This document shows positions 13,747-24,787 of a stretch of DNA of 64,000 bases, piece by piece. How positions within the stretch are numbered: the first letter of the stretch is position 1; each line of letters opens with the position of its first letter. Source of the stretch: Callorhinchus milii (taxonomy: Eukaryota); contig NW_024704743.1 in the NCBI RefSeq assembly GCF_018977255.1, forward strand, positions 95,730,001 to 95,794,000. Reading direction: 5' to 3'. The position numbers and the translations under genes were made by a program. Under the pieces are notes generated by a model, which saw only the letters and a list, made by a program, of their open reading frames with translations, had not been told where the DNA came from and ran no database searches.

Positions 13747-14347
13747 GTAAGTCATCTTACACTTCTTCAGTTGACCTATTTGTAGATTTTGATCTTCTCC
13801 CTTTGCTTTTTGAATTGTGCTATGGGATCTTTAACGTCCACCTAAACAGGCAGGTGGGATCTTGATTTAACATTTCATTTGAAGGACAGCACCTCTAACA
13901 CTTTAAACTATGCTGGCACTCCAATGCAATACAAAATTACATTTGTATAGCGCCTTTCACGTCAGGAAGACGTCCCAAGGTTCTGCGTTCTCCAACACTG
14001 CATGGTGGAGCACTATGGTCATGGCACATTGCTGCATGTGAATTGGCTGCTGTGTTCACCCACAAAATACACTTTACTTTGAAGCACTTTACAATGTGTA
14101 CATGAATAAGGTGCTACATCAAATGCCAGGATTATTATTATAATCTTATTGTTTGGCTTGCTGGCAGTGAAATAGGCTAGCACACTCCTTACCTTTGGGT
14201 TTGCATTCAGCTCAGATTTACCAGGTCAAGATCTATGCTGGTTGATGATAGGAATCAAGAGGCTGAATGTTCTCAACACTTCCCATGGAACATGGGAAAA
14301 CAGCACTGAGAGGAGGAGGCATAGATGATTGTGTAGGAAATGGATAT

Positions 14348-16841
14348 AACAACAACAACAACAAGATTCCATTTATTGAGCGCCTTTCACGTTGGGAGGA
14401 CGTCCCAAGGCGCTGTACAAATGGGTCAGGACCCGAGCAAGGGGGAAATGGTCAGGGTGAGGGGAGGGAAGGGAGGGAGCGAGGAGGGGGTAGAGAGTCG
14501 AGAGGGGAGCTGAAGGCACGGTCAAAGAGAAAGGTCTTGAGACCGGCCTTGAAGGAGGAAAGGGAGGAGGCGGCGAAGGCACTGGGGGATAGAGTTCCAG
14601 AGCCTGGGGCTGAGAGGCTGAAGGCCCGGCCACCGATGGTAGGGCGGTTGGGGCGGGGGATGTGGAGCAGACCGGAGCCAGAGGAACGGAGGGTACGGGC
14701 AGGTAGGTAGGGGCATAGTAGGTTGGGGAGGTAGGGGGGAGCAAGGCCGTGAATGGCCTTGTAGGTGAGGATGAGGATCTTGAATTTGATCCTCTGGGGG
14801 ATGGGGAGCCAGTGGAGGCGAGCGAGGGTGGGAGTGATGTGGTCGCGAAGCCTGGTGCGGGACAGTACACGAGCTGCAGAGTTCTGAATGACCTGCAGCT
14901 TGTGGAGGGAGGTGCCGGGAAGGCCGGCGAGGAGAGAGTTCCCATAGTCCAGCCTTGAGGTGATAAAGGCGTGGACCAGAGTTTCAGCAGCGTGAGGGGT
15001 GAGGTAGTGCCGTAGTCTGGCGATGTTCCGGAGGTGATGGAAGGCGGTGCCAGTTGTGGCGTGGATATGAGGGAGAAAGGACAGCTCAGGGTCGAACAGA
15101 ACCCCGAGGTTCCTGACTGGCTTTGAGAGGTGGAGAGTGCAGCCTTGGATGCTGATGCTGTCAGCGCCTGAGGTGCGGAGGCGCTGACGTGAGCCAATCA
15201 GGAGGGCCTCAGTTTTGCGCACGTTGAGCTGGAGAAAGTTATCTCTCGTCCAGGACTCGATGTCGGACAGGCAGCTGTCAGGACATCGGTGGTCGTGGAG
15301 TTGAGGGTAGAGGAGGAAAGGTAGAGTTGGGTGTCATCCGCATACATGTGGAAGTTAACCCCATGTCTGCGGATGATGTCACCAAGGGGGAGCATATAGA
15401 GGGTGAAGAGGAGGGGACCGAGGACAGAGCCTTGAGGGACACCGCACGAGACAGTGCGGGGGCCGGAGGAAAAAACATTTGTGGAGACAAAGTGAAGACG
15501 GTGGGAGAGGTACGACCTAAACCACTCAAGGACAGGGCCTTGAAGGTTTAGGTGGGAGGACAAGCGGTGGAGGAGGATAGCATGGTCGACCGTATCGAAT
15601 GCTGCCGATAGGTCGAGGAGGACGAGGAGGCAGAGGGAGCCCTGGTCACAGATGGTCAGGATGTCATTGGTGACCTTGACCAGGGCAGTTTCTGTGCTAT
15701 GGGCAGCACGGAAACCCGACTGAAGGGGTTCGAATAGTGAATGGTTGGAGAGGAAAGAGCGCAGCTGGGAGGCGACAACTCGTTCCAGGACCTTGGATAG
15801 GAAGGGGAGGTTGGAGATGGGCCGGTAGCTTGATAGCTGCGACGCATCAAGGGAGGGTTTTTTTAAGGTGGGAGTGATGGTGGCAGTTTTTAAGGGAATG
15901 GGAACAGAGCCAGAGGAGAGGGACAGGTTGACGATGTCTGTGATATGTGGGGCAAGGAGGTGGAGCTGGGAGATAAGGAGTGGAGTGGGGATGGGGTCAA
16001 GGGAGCAGGTGGTAGGTTTCAGGGATAGGATGAGTTTGGTGACAGAGGGTGGGGAAACGGGTACGAAAGTGTGTAGGGGAGGATGGGTAGGAGTCGGAGT
16101 GTGGGAGGGAGGGGGTGAGTGGGTGGATGTTGGAGGGGAAGTGACCGCGGAGCGGATTCCCTTGATCTTGGATTCAAGGAAATCCAGCATCTCCTCGCAG
16201 TGAAGGTTGGAGGAGATGACCTGCGCGGGGTGGCGGGGGGGACGGAGGAGTTGGGATGTGGTAGAGAACAGTAGCCTGGGGTTGTCCTTCGCCTCCAGGA
16301 TTATCCTGGAGTAGAAGGACGATTTGGCCGAGGCTAGAGTGGAGCGGTAGATTTTGAGGAGGTCCAGCCAGATTTGTCGGTGGACCGTTAGGCCAGATTT
16401 GACCCAGGTGCGTTCAGCGGCCCGCACCTGGCTCTTCAGTGAGCGGGGGTGGGTGGTGAACCAGGGGGAGGAGCGAGAGTAGGAGACAGTACGGGAGGTG
16501 ATAGGGGCAAGAGTATCGAGTGTGGAGGAGAGGGTGTTGTGGAGGAGGGTGAGAGGAGAAGAGGGGTCGGTGAGGGTTGAAGGCCAGAGGGAGAGGAGTT
16601 CAGAGGACTCCAAGGCAGCGGTTAGGGATTGAGGGGGTAACTTCTTCCAGGGGCGGTAGAAGATGGTGGTGGGTCTGGTGGAGGTGGGGAGGGGGGTGGA
16701 GGTGGTGAAGGAGATGAAGTGGTGGTCGGAGACGGCCTTATCGGTGATGGTGACATCCGAGACACTGAGGCCCCGGGTGATCACCAAGTCGAGTGGGTGG
16801 CCGTGACTGTGAGTGGGGGAGTTGATGTGGAGGGAGAGGGA
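14348..16841 (-). mobile_element. Young 5'-truncated L2-clade LINE (~2.5 kb): end of APE endonuclease, RT domain, 3' UTR, (TTG)n tail
   Basis: ORF2 motifs [72 protein letters not shown]; 1-nt frameshifts near 15273 and 14605. Confidence 0.95.
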
Positions 16842-17311
16842 GATATCAATCAAAAGATGGGGCTGTTCCTCTGAAGTTGGGACTAAAAAAATACTGGAGG
16901 GTGATTCTGTTTTGTTCATGAATGTGAGTTCGTAATATAATTTATCATGGATAATAACACTGTTGTGCAGTCAGGAAAGTATTACTCTGGAGATGTCTGC
17001 TATAATGAACTTGATGTTGATACCAGCCAGGCACCTGACATGGGCAAAGTTTTATTCGCCATCAATGATACCCCTCAATTTGATGAACCCTGTTATTATA
17101 GAATGAATCCCCCAGTGTAGTAATTAGAGTATCTGTCTTGTAATGATTTGATCGATTTAATACAAATTATCTTGATTTCTAAATGAATATGTTTACTCGT
17201 ATGTCTTAAACCTTGAAATCACAGAACTACATTGCCTTGAGGAAAAAATAACGAAATCATTTTTAGTAAAGTAGAATTTTTTTTTAGTAATACTAAATAC
17301 TATTTAGTAAT

Positions 17312-17529
17312 ACTGAGCTACAGGACTCCACATAAATGATAATAATCCCTCAAGAAAAAAATAATAATTTGGTCACTCAATCCACGACTGTTTGTGGGAC
17401 ATTGCTGTGCGCAATTGGCTGCCGCGTTCGCCCACAAATATTGCCCAAGGTTTCATCCTGCCAGGAATCAAACCCAGGTCTCTCACTTGCCAGGTGAGTG
17501 CTCTAACCACTGAGCTAAAGGACTCCACA
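17312..17529. mobile_element. Rearranged SINE (head on minus strand, body on plus strand)
   Basis: Strand switch at ~17441; 21-nt head end duplicated. Confidence 0.85.
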
Positions 17530-17837
17530 ATTGTATACAGTGGAGTATTGTATGTCTCTGTTCTGGACAGGGTTTCACAGGCACTGGTTGCCATATCCAA
17601 ATAGACATTATGTTCCTGTATGCGTTAACGGTAAATGTCTGTAGGACATTTGACTGCAGAGGGTGTCACAGCCAAGCCTGACCTCTTCCTTCCTAGCTGT
17701 AACACATACACACAAACCAGTAGCAGGTGACGTACAGGTAGCAGGAACCCTGGTTAGTTTTTCCATCCCTAATTCTGGGAAAATGCCTAATTTAATTTTT
17801 TTAAATTTAAACCAGCAAACTTTTTTTCCTCTTTGAA

Positions 17838-18630
17838 GTTCTGTTCGACCCTGAGTTGTCCTTTCTTCCTCATATCTGCGCCACAACTGGCACCGCCTTC
17901 CATCACCTCCGGAATGTCGCCAGACTACGGCACTACCTCACCCCTCACGCTGCTGAAACTCTGGTCCACGCCTTTATCACCTCAAGGCTGGACTATGGGA
18001 ACTCTCTCCTCACCGGCCTTCCCGGCACCTCCCTCCACAAGCTGCAGGTCATTCAGAACTCTGCAGCTCGTGTACTGTCCCGCACCAGGTTCGGGAACAC
18101 ATCACTCCCACCCTCGCTCACCTCCACTGGCTCCCCATCCCCCAGAGGATCCAATTCAAGATCCTCATCCTCACCTACAAGGCCATTCACGGCCTTGCTC
18201 CCTCCTACCTCTCTGACCTACTATCCCCCTACCTACCTGCCCGTACCCTCCGTTCCTCTGGCTCCGGTCTGCTCCACATCCCCCGACCCAACCACCCTAC
18301 CATCGGTGGCCGGGCCTTCAGCCTCTCAGCCCCTAGGCTCTGGAACTCCATCCCCCAGTGCCTTCGCCGCCTCCTCCCTTTCCTCCTTCAAGACCCGTCT
18401 CAAGACCTTTCTCTTTGACCGAGCCTTCAGCTCCCCTCTCGACTCTCTACCCCCTCCTCGCTCCCTCCCTTCCCTCCCCTCACCCTGACCATTTCCCCCC
18501 TCCTCACTCCCTCCCTCCCCTCACCCTGACCATTTCCCCCCTGCTTGGGTCCCGACCCAACTGTCCAGCGCCTTGGGACGTCCTCCTGACGTGAAAGGCG
18601 CTCTATAAATGAAATGTTGTTGTTGTTGTT
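17838..18630 (+). mobile_element. L2 LINE 3' fragment, near-identical inverted partner of 14348..15102
   Basis: HHLRNVARLR, SRLDYGNSLL; same tail; flanked by ttgaagt direct repeats. Confidence 0.95.
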
Positions 18631-18966
18631 GAAGTCCTTTTCTTACACCGTTTTAAAAGCATTAACCTAAATTAGCCATTCTGTTCCCCATAGCAGCCAA
18701 TGCATAATATTGGGATACTTTGGGCTTGTGTTTGGTTGAGTTTGGACTATATATTTTAATTTCTGACAACACTGGGTTGAGACCAGTTTAGCATCTCAAT
18801 GCAGCCTCGGCTAAGACCAGTAAATTCAAAACCTACTGTATTTCGAACCAGTAAGCTCCCAGTCTGTAAAATGCCATTAGACTAAGACCATTGGGCTTGC
18901 CCCTATTTCTGTATTTGATAGCACAATGCAAATATTGATTTTGTTTCTCTCTGTCATCTTTTGCAG

Positions 18967-19062
18967 GCAGCCATAGACATTCCAGGTCTAAATCTAAGCC
19001 AGCAAGAATACTACCCTTATGTGTACTACAAGATTGACTGCAATCTGCTCGAGTTCAAATAA
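18967..19062 (+). CDS. ATP6V1C1: ATP6V1C1 last coding exon ([31 protein letters not shown])
   Basis: ttgcAG acceptor, 96 nt to TAA; exon lengths sum to 1149 nt = 382 aa + stop. Confidence 0.97.
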   Translation, partial: AAIDIPGLNLSQQEYYPYVYYKIDCNLLEFK

Positions 19063-19591
19063 AGAAATGCTCATTATTCAACTTGTCCTTTAGGGTTACA
19101 GTAGAATTGGACAGATCCTGATACTCCCCTTACTTTTCTTTAAACCTGAATTAACCTGTGTTTGTGTAATTAAGTCCATTCCTGCAAGCTGTCTGCTGCT
19201 ATTACCCTTGAAAATATACCTATGTTGATGTACTTTTTACCAATCAGGTATTGAATTATGTGCTGCAATAATCTGAATCTGTATTTATGAAAATGTCATT
19301 ATTTAAAACAAAAAAAAATCTAATTTGTGAAGTGCTGTGCAGTAAGCTGCATTAGTTGTGAATGTTCTTAAAGAACTTGTTTACAGCTATACTCATCGAG
19401 AGAGCGTGAATCATTTCATTTGTTTATATGTATTTGATGCATTGAATTTTAAATAGTCCCTGTTGTAACAAATCGTGTTTATTGAAAGTGTATTTGTGGT
19501 GTCGTACAGAGTATATCTAATGTTTTAAACATGACTTCCATTGTGCAAGCACTGTATACTTTTCATGATTTAACCTGCCTACACAAAGTGG

Positions 19592-19597
19592 AATAAA
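19592..19597 (+). terminator. Probable polyadenylation signal of ATP6V1C1
   Basis: AATAAA ~530 nt after the stop codon, followed by T/GT-rich sequence. Confidence 0.6.
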
Positions 19598-20178
19598 TGT
19601 CATGACAATTCATTAACTGAGTTTTTAGTTTTGAATATTGATCTTTCCTATCACTTGATTTAATGATAATCCTTGGATTCTTGCTGGATCCATCCACACT
19701 TTCGAGTGAGGTTGATCGTTTTTTGGTAGGTCAGGGTATTAAGGGATATGGGGAGAAAATGGGAAATTGGAATTGAAAGGATTAGTTGAGGTACATATCA
19801 GCCATGCTCTAATTAAGTAGTGGAACAGGCTTGAAGGGCTGAATGGCCTACTCCTGTTACTATGTTCCATTTGATGGCTTTCAAGTTTCTCTATGTCCCT
19901 GTCTTTTAGAACTCTCTTCCCAAAATCTCTGATCCTGGCTTCTCACCACAACTTCAAAACCCTGCTTTTTGACTAATATTCTTAATTCTCATTCATCCTT
20001 TCTCCCTGCTTGGTATTCCTCAGTATATTTGCTAAGTACTTTCAAGCATTTATCATCCCTGAAAAGGTGCTATAGAAATGCAAATTGTTGCAGTTCAATA
20101 TCACTGCAGGTACATTGCAGTCTGTCACTGGGCACACGGATTTATGATGTCATCATGCAGTTGTCTAATCACTGGTTA

Positions 20179-20546
20179 TAATAATAATCCTTGCATTTGA
20201 TATAGCACCTTATGTCTGAGACGTCTCAAAGCACTTCACAGAATATACTGTACAGTGAATTGACTGTATATTTTGTGGGTGAAATGTGGCAGCCAATTGC
20301 ATACAGTCGTGTCCCACAAACAGTTGTGGGTTGAGTGACCAAATTATTTTTTTTGAAGGGCTTATTACCCCCCAGAAAAGCGATCCACCAATTGTCCAAC
20401 AACCAAGTTCCTACTTACTGCTAGGTAAACAGAAGTGTGTGGAGTAAGGAAACTTGCTCCAACGTTTTTTCCTGCTTGGGAATCAAACCCAGGTGAGACT
20501 TCTTGCTTGTGAGTCGAGTGCTCTAATCACTAAGCTACAGGACTCC
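20179..20546 (-). mobile_element. tRNA-derived SINE, long subfamily
   Basis: Carries the central ctgtttacctagcagtaagtaggaac segment. Confidence 0.9.
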
Positions 20547-20848
20547 TGTTATGTAACTGCTATTATAGTTACGTGGTAGTTATGTTACTGCAGTTATGAA
20601 AAAGTCTATCACTGCAATTGCTCAGAGGTTGATATTGCAGTTACAAGGTGGTCTGGTATTCCTCTGATATAAATAGTTACATGGAGATCAATGTGTCATA
20701 CATCTTAATTGAATTGTTAACAGAATAGCTACCTAATTATCTTGCTGTCTTTTAATCTTCCTTCTGAATGTCTATTCCCTTGTTATAGATTTTTCACTAT
20801 GGTAACATGTTTCTGTTTGGGGATTTCATTTATCAATAATTCTGTATT

Positions 20849-21156
20849 GGAGTCCTGTAGCTCAGTGATTAGTGCACTCGCCTTGCAAGCGAGACACCTG
20901 GGTTCAATTCCAGGCAGGGCGAAACCTTGGGCAAGTTTCCTTACTCCACACGCCTAATAATAATCCCTCCAAAACAAAACAATAATAAATTGGTCATTTT
21001 CAATTAACGACTGTTTGTGGGTCACTGCTGTGTGCAATTGGCTGCCGCGATTCGTCCATAAATATACGGTCAATTCACTTTACAGTCTATTCTGTGAAGT
21101 GCTTTGAGACGTCGAAGACGTGAAAAACACTATATCAAATGCAAGGATTATTATTA
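20849..21156 (+). mobile_element. tRNA-derived SINE, short subfamily
   Basis: Full head to (TTA)n tail. Confidence 0.92.
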
Positions 21157-21639
21157 TATTATTATTGTTCAGAGTACATTATTATAGTCCCTGCAATTGA
21201 TACAACACCATTTATATCAAAATATTTCAGATAACTTCACAGTATATTTGCAGGCAACCCGGCAGCCAAATTGGATATAGTGATGTCCCACAAACTCATG
21301 AAGTGAATAAATTCAGCTGGAGGATGGTTTGTCAGGACATTGGAGGACATTCCTTTCTCTTTTCAAAAATTGCCATGGGATTTTCAATGTCCATCTAAAC
21401 ATGCAGCCAGAAACTTGGTTTAACATTTCATCTGAAGGCTGTCCAACAATGAAGCACTTCCCCAGCAATCGCACTGATGTATATGAGTTCAAAGGCCAAA
21501 TGTATGGCTGACCCAAACTTTCAACCCAAGTGTGCTACCAATTAAGCCCAATTGATCTTGAATACCTTAAGATCTTTTTTAAAAAAAATGAATAATTTCC
21601 AAAGCCTTGGGTCCCCATACCTAAATCCAGCTGTCAATC

Positions 21640-22230
21640 CATCTGAGGCCTTCAGCCTCTCTGCCGCCACCCTTTGAAATTCCATCCCAGTCCCCTCTCC
21701 TTGCTCCCTTCCTTGTCTCCTTCAAGGCATGTCTCAAGACCCTTTTCTTTGGCCGTATCTTCGGCCACCCTCCTACCTCTATCCTCCCTACCATCCTCCC
21801 TCCACCCCCAACCCCCCCCCCCCCCCCCCAACCCAGGTCCAAATGGAGGAGTCCTGTAGCTCAGTGGTTAGACCACTCGCTTTACAAGTGAGAGACCTGA
21901 GTTCAATTCCAGGCAGCGCGAAACCTTGGGCAAGTTTCCTTACTCCACACACCTAATAATAATCCCTCCAAAACCAAAAACAATAATAAATTGGTCATTT
22001 TCAATCCTTGACTGTTTGTGGGACATTGCTGTGCGCAATTGGCTGCTGCGTTCGCCCACAAATATACAGTCAATTCACTTTACAGTGTGTTCTGTGAAGC
22101 GCTTTGGGACGTACTCCCGACGTGAAAAGCGCTATATCAAATGCAAGGATTATTATTATTATAAATCCCTGACTATCCAGCACCTTGGGATGTCCTGACG
22201 TGAAAGGCGCTTTACAAGTGTAATATAGCG
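21640..22230 (+). mobile_element. L2 3' fragment interrupted by a SINE
   Basis: L2 3' UTR sequence continues on both sides of the 21848..22162 SINE. Confidence 0.8.
21848..22162 (+). mobile_element. tRNA-derived SINE, young short subfamily
   Basis: Near-identical to 45440..45753. Confidence 0.93.
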
Positions 22231-22321
22231 TTGCATTTTACTGGGCAGGTTTCAATACATGATATCTATAATATGGAAACCAGACACCCGGCTGCCTGAA
22301 ACAAATGATGTGAGTTATGCA

Positions 22322-22448
22322 AATGTGTTTGGGGCAATGGCTCACAAGCGACTGTCCAAAATGCTGAGTCTGCCTCGGAAGTAGTGGCCCGTACGTACAG
22401 AGATGACATAACCGTTACAGTGGAGCAATTCAATGCCCATGTTATAAT
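22322..22448 (+). pseudogene. Decayed fragment of PDP1 C-terminal coding sequence
   Basis: Aligns to ~29689..29814; about 14 substitutions plus a 2-nt insertion over ~127 nt by manual alignment. Confidence 0.9.
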
Positions 22449-22539
22449 GTGAGGTATGTAAATGATGTTAGATGATTGATGTGGGCGGCTGCCTCTCATC
22501 GACTCCAGCGCCAGTGCTTCCCAAACACTAGCCCAAAAG

Positions 22540-22740
22540 TAGCCCAATACCGCGCTGGCTGCGGGGAGCCGAGCAGCCAATCAACTCGGCGCTTTTGAAA
22601 CTGTTACAAAAAGATCGGGACTGACGTATCGGCTGTGACGCCACAATGCGTGTGTCGATCCCGGCGGCCAATCAGCGGCGGCGCTCGGTGCGTTCGTGGC
22701 CTCGGGCTGACAAGTGGCGCCAACGCCGAGTCCTCATCCT
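22540..22740 (+). promoter_or_regulatory. CpG-rich putative PDP1 promoter with CCAAT boxes and CRE-like sites
   Basis: High CpG in an otherwise CpG-poor window; AGCCAATCA (~22576), GGCCAATCA (~22667), TGACGT (~22622), TGACGCCA (~22636). Confidence 0.6.
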
Positions 22741-23590
22741 GAACTCAGCCATTAGAGGGCAAGAGGGGAACTCAGCCATTAGAGGGCAAGAGGGGAACTC
22801 AGCCATTAGAGGGCAAGAGGGGATCTCAGCCATTAGAGGGCAAGAGGGGAACTCAGCCATTAGAGGGCAAGAGGGGATCTCAGCCATTGGAGGGCAAGAG
22901 GGGAACTCAGCCATTGGAGGGCAAGAGGGGATCTCAGCCATTGGAGGGCAAGAGGGGAACTCAGCCATTAGAGGGCAAGAGGGGAACTCAGCCATTGGAG
23001 GGCAAGAGGGGATCTCAGCCATTGGAGGGCAAGAGGGGATCTCAGCCATTAGAGGGCAAGAGGGGATCTCAGCCAGGAGAGGGCAAGAGGGGATCTCAGC
23101 CATTAGAGGGCAAGAGGGGATCTCAGCCATTAGAGGGCAAGAGGGGATCTCAGCCATTAGAGGGCAAGAGGGGATCTCAGCCATTAGAGGGCAAGAGGGG
23201 ATCTCAGCCATTAGAGGGCAAGAGGGGATCTCAGCCATTGGAGGGCAAGAGGGGATCTCAGCCATTAGAGGGCAAGAGGGGATCTCAGCCATTAGAGGGC
23301 AAGGGGGGATCTCAGCCATTAGAGGGCAAGAGGGGATCTCAGCCATTAGAGGGCAAGAGGGGATCTCAGCCATTGGAGGCAAGAGGGGATCTCAGCCATT
23401 GGAGGCAAGAGGGGATCTCAGCCATTAGAGGGCAAGAGGGGATCTCAGCCATTAGAGGGCAAGAGGGGATCTCAGCCATTGGAGGGCAAGAGGGGATCTC
23501 AGCCATTAGAGGGCAAGAGGGGATCTCAGCCATTAGAGGGCAAGAGGGGATCTCAGCCATTAGAGGGCAAGAGGGGATCTCAGCCAGGAG
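22741..23590. repeat. 27-bp minisatellite (GA[A/T]CTCAGCCATT[A/G]GAGGGCAAGAGGG), ~31 units
   Basis: Directly visible tandem array. Confidence 0.98.
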
Positions 23591-23639
23591 AGGAGAGGAC
23601 CAAGGAATTAAGCCCTGAGCCCTCTCCCCGCCCAGGGGA

Positions 23640-24050
23640 GGAGCTGCTCAGCCCCGAGTCCAGCGTGTGAGGGAGGACACTGCCCAGTGCAGCAGCCGAG
23701 CCTGGAAGCTGAGCCGGAGCCGAGCCGGAGCCGAGCTGCGTGCGAGGGCGCTGTCGACCACAACTGTGCTGCTGCTGCTCCAGGGCTGTGCCTGTGCTGT
23801 AGGGCTGTGCCTGTGCTGTAGGGCTGTGCCTGTTGTAGGCTGTGCCCGGCGTGGCCAGAGCAGGACAGGGCAGGGCGGCATGTGTGTGGTGTAGCTGCAG
23901 TGCGGAGCGGGGTGGGGGCTGAGGGTGGGGGGGAAACCGGTCGATGATTGTTTGGAAACACAGTAATGCAACGGCCTTCACAGACAGTTTTATATCGGGG
24001 GACGGACACATCGCTTGTGTTTTTGTAACGTAAGTCACGCTGCGTGTTTA
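23640..24050 (+). promoter_or_regulatory. Second CpG-rich block, candidate non-coding first exon of PDP1
   Basis: GC/CpG-rich; strong donor-like GTAAGT at 24030; the PDP1 coding exon starts with an acceptor so an upstream exon is required. Confidence 0.4.
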
Positions 24051-24062
24051 TATACTACCTTA

Positions 24063-24418
24063 ACCCCCTCTCCTGCCCCCCCCCCCCTCTCCTGCCCCCC
24101 CCCTCTCCTGCCCCCCCCCCTCTCCTGCCCCCTCTCCTGCCCCCCCCTCTCCTGCCCCCCCCCCCTCTCCTGCCCCCCCCCTCTCCTGCCCCCCCCCCCC
24201 TCTCCTGCCCCCCCCCCTCTCCTGCCCCCCCCCCCTCTCCTGCCCCCCCCCCCTCTCCTGCCCCCCCTCTCCTGCCCCCCCTCTCCTGCCCCCCCTCTCC
24301 TGCCCCCCCTCTCCTGCCCCCCCCCTCCCCCCCCCTCCCCCCTCTCCTGCCCCCCCCCCCCCTCTCCTGCCCCCCCTCTCCTGCCCCCCCTCCCCCCTCC
24401 CTGCCCCCCCCCCCCCCA
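24063..24418. repeat. C-rich (Cn-TCTCCTG-Cn) tandem/low-complexity array
   Basis: Directly visible; G-run rich on the minus strand. Confidence 0.97.
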
Positions 24419-24544
24419 CACTCCCCATAAGGTGAACTCGCAGGAGAAATGAACGTCTATAAATACAGATGAACCCACGGCGTTAAAGGCCAAACCTGAC
24501 CATTATGGCAGTGGTGCTTTCAACATATTGTGGGCTTGACAGCC

Positions 24545-24787
24545 GGACACAGGGCTGGTGGACAGAGGGCTGGTGGACAGAGGGCTGGTGGACAGAGGGC
24601 TGGTGGACAGAGGGCTGGTGGACACAGGGCTGGTGGACAGAGGGCTGGTGGACAGAGGGCTGGTGGACAGAGGGCTGGTGGACAGAGGGCTGGTGGACAC
24701 AGGGCTGGTGGACACAGGGCTGGTGGACACAGGGCTGGTGGACACAGGGCTGGTGGACACAGGGCTGGTGGACACAGGGCTGGTGGA
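24545..24787. repeat. 15-bp minisatellite (GACA[G/C]AGGGCTGGTG), ~16 units
   Basis: Directly visible tandem array. Confidence 0.98.

Noticed and set aside
15198..16919. 573-aa RT ORF as a domesticated gene or retron-like system
   Set aside because: Ordinary 5'-truncated, frameshifted L2 ORF2; the start codon comes from flanking intron sequence
20849..20925. tRNA genes at SINE heads
   Set aside because: Always continue into SINE body and tail; tRNA-derived heads rather than standalone tRNAs
21926..22198. Recurrent ORF MGKFPYSTHLIIIPPKPK... as a multigene family
   Set aside because: Chance reading frame of the young SINE, starting at a TTG
22741..23590. CRISPR-like array
   Set aside because: Head-to-tail repeats without unique spacers; eukaryotic context; no cas genes
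22646..23670. Long repetitive ORFs (SAIRGQEGI)n, (MAEIPSCPL)n, (EGKRGSQPL)n
   Set aside because: Artefact of a 27-bp unit (multiple of 3) that is open in several frames on both strands
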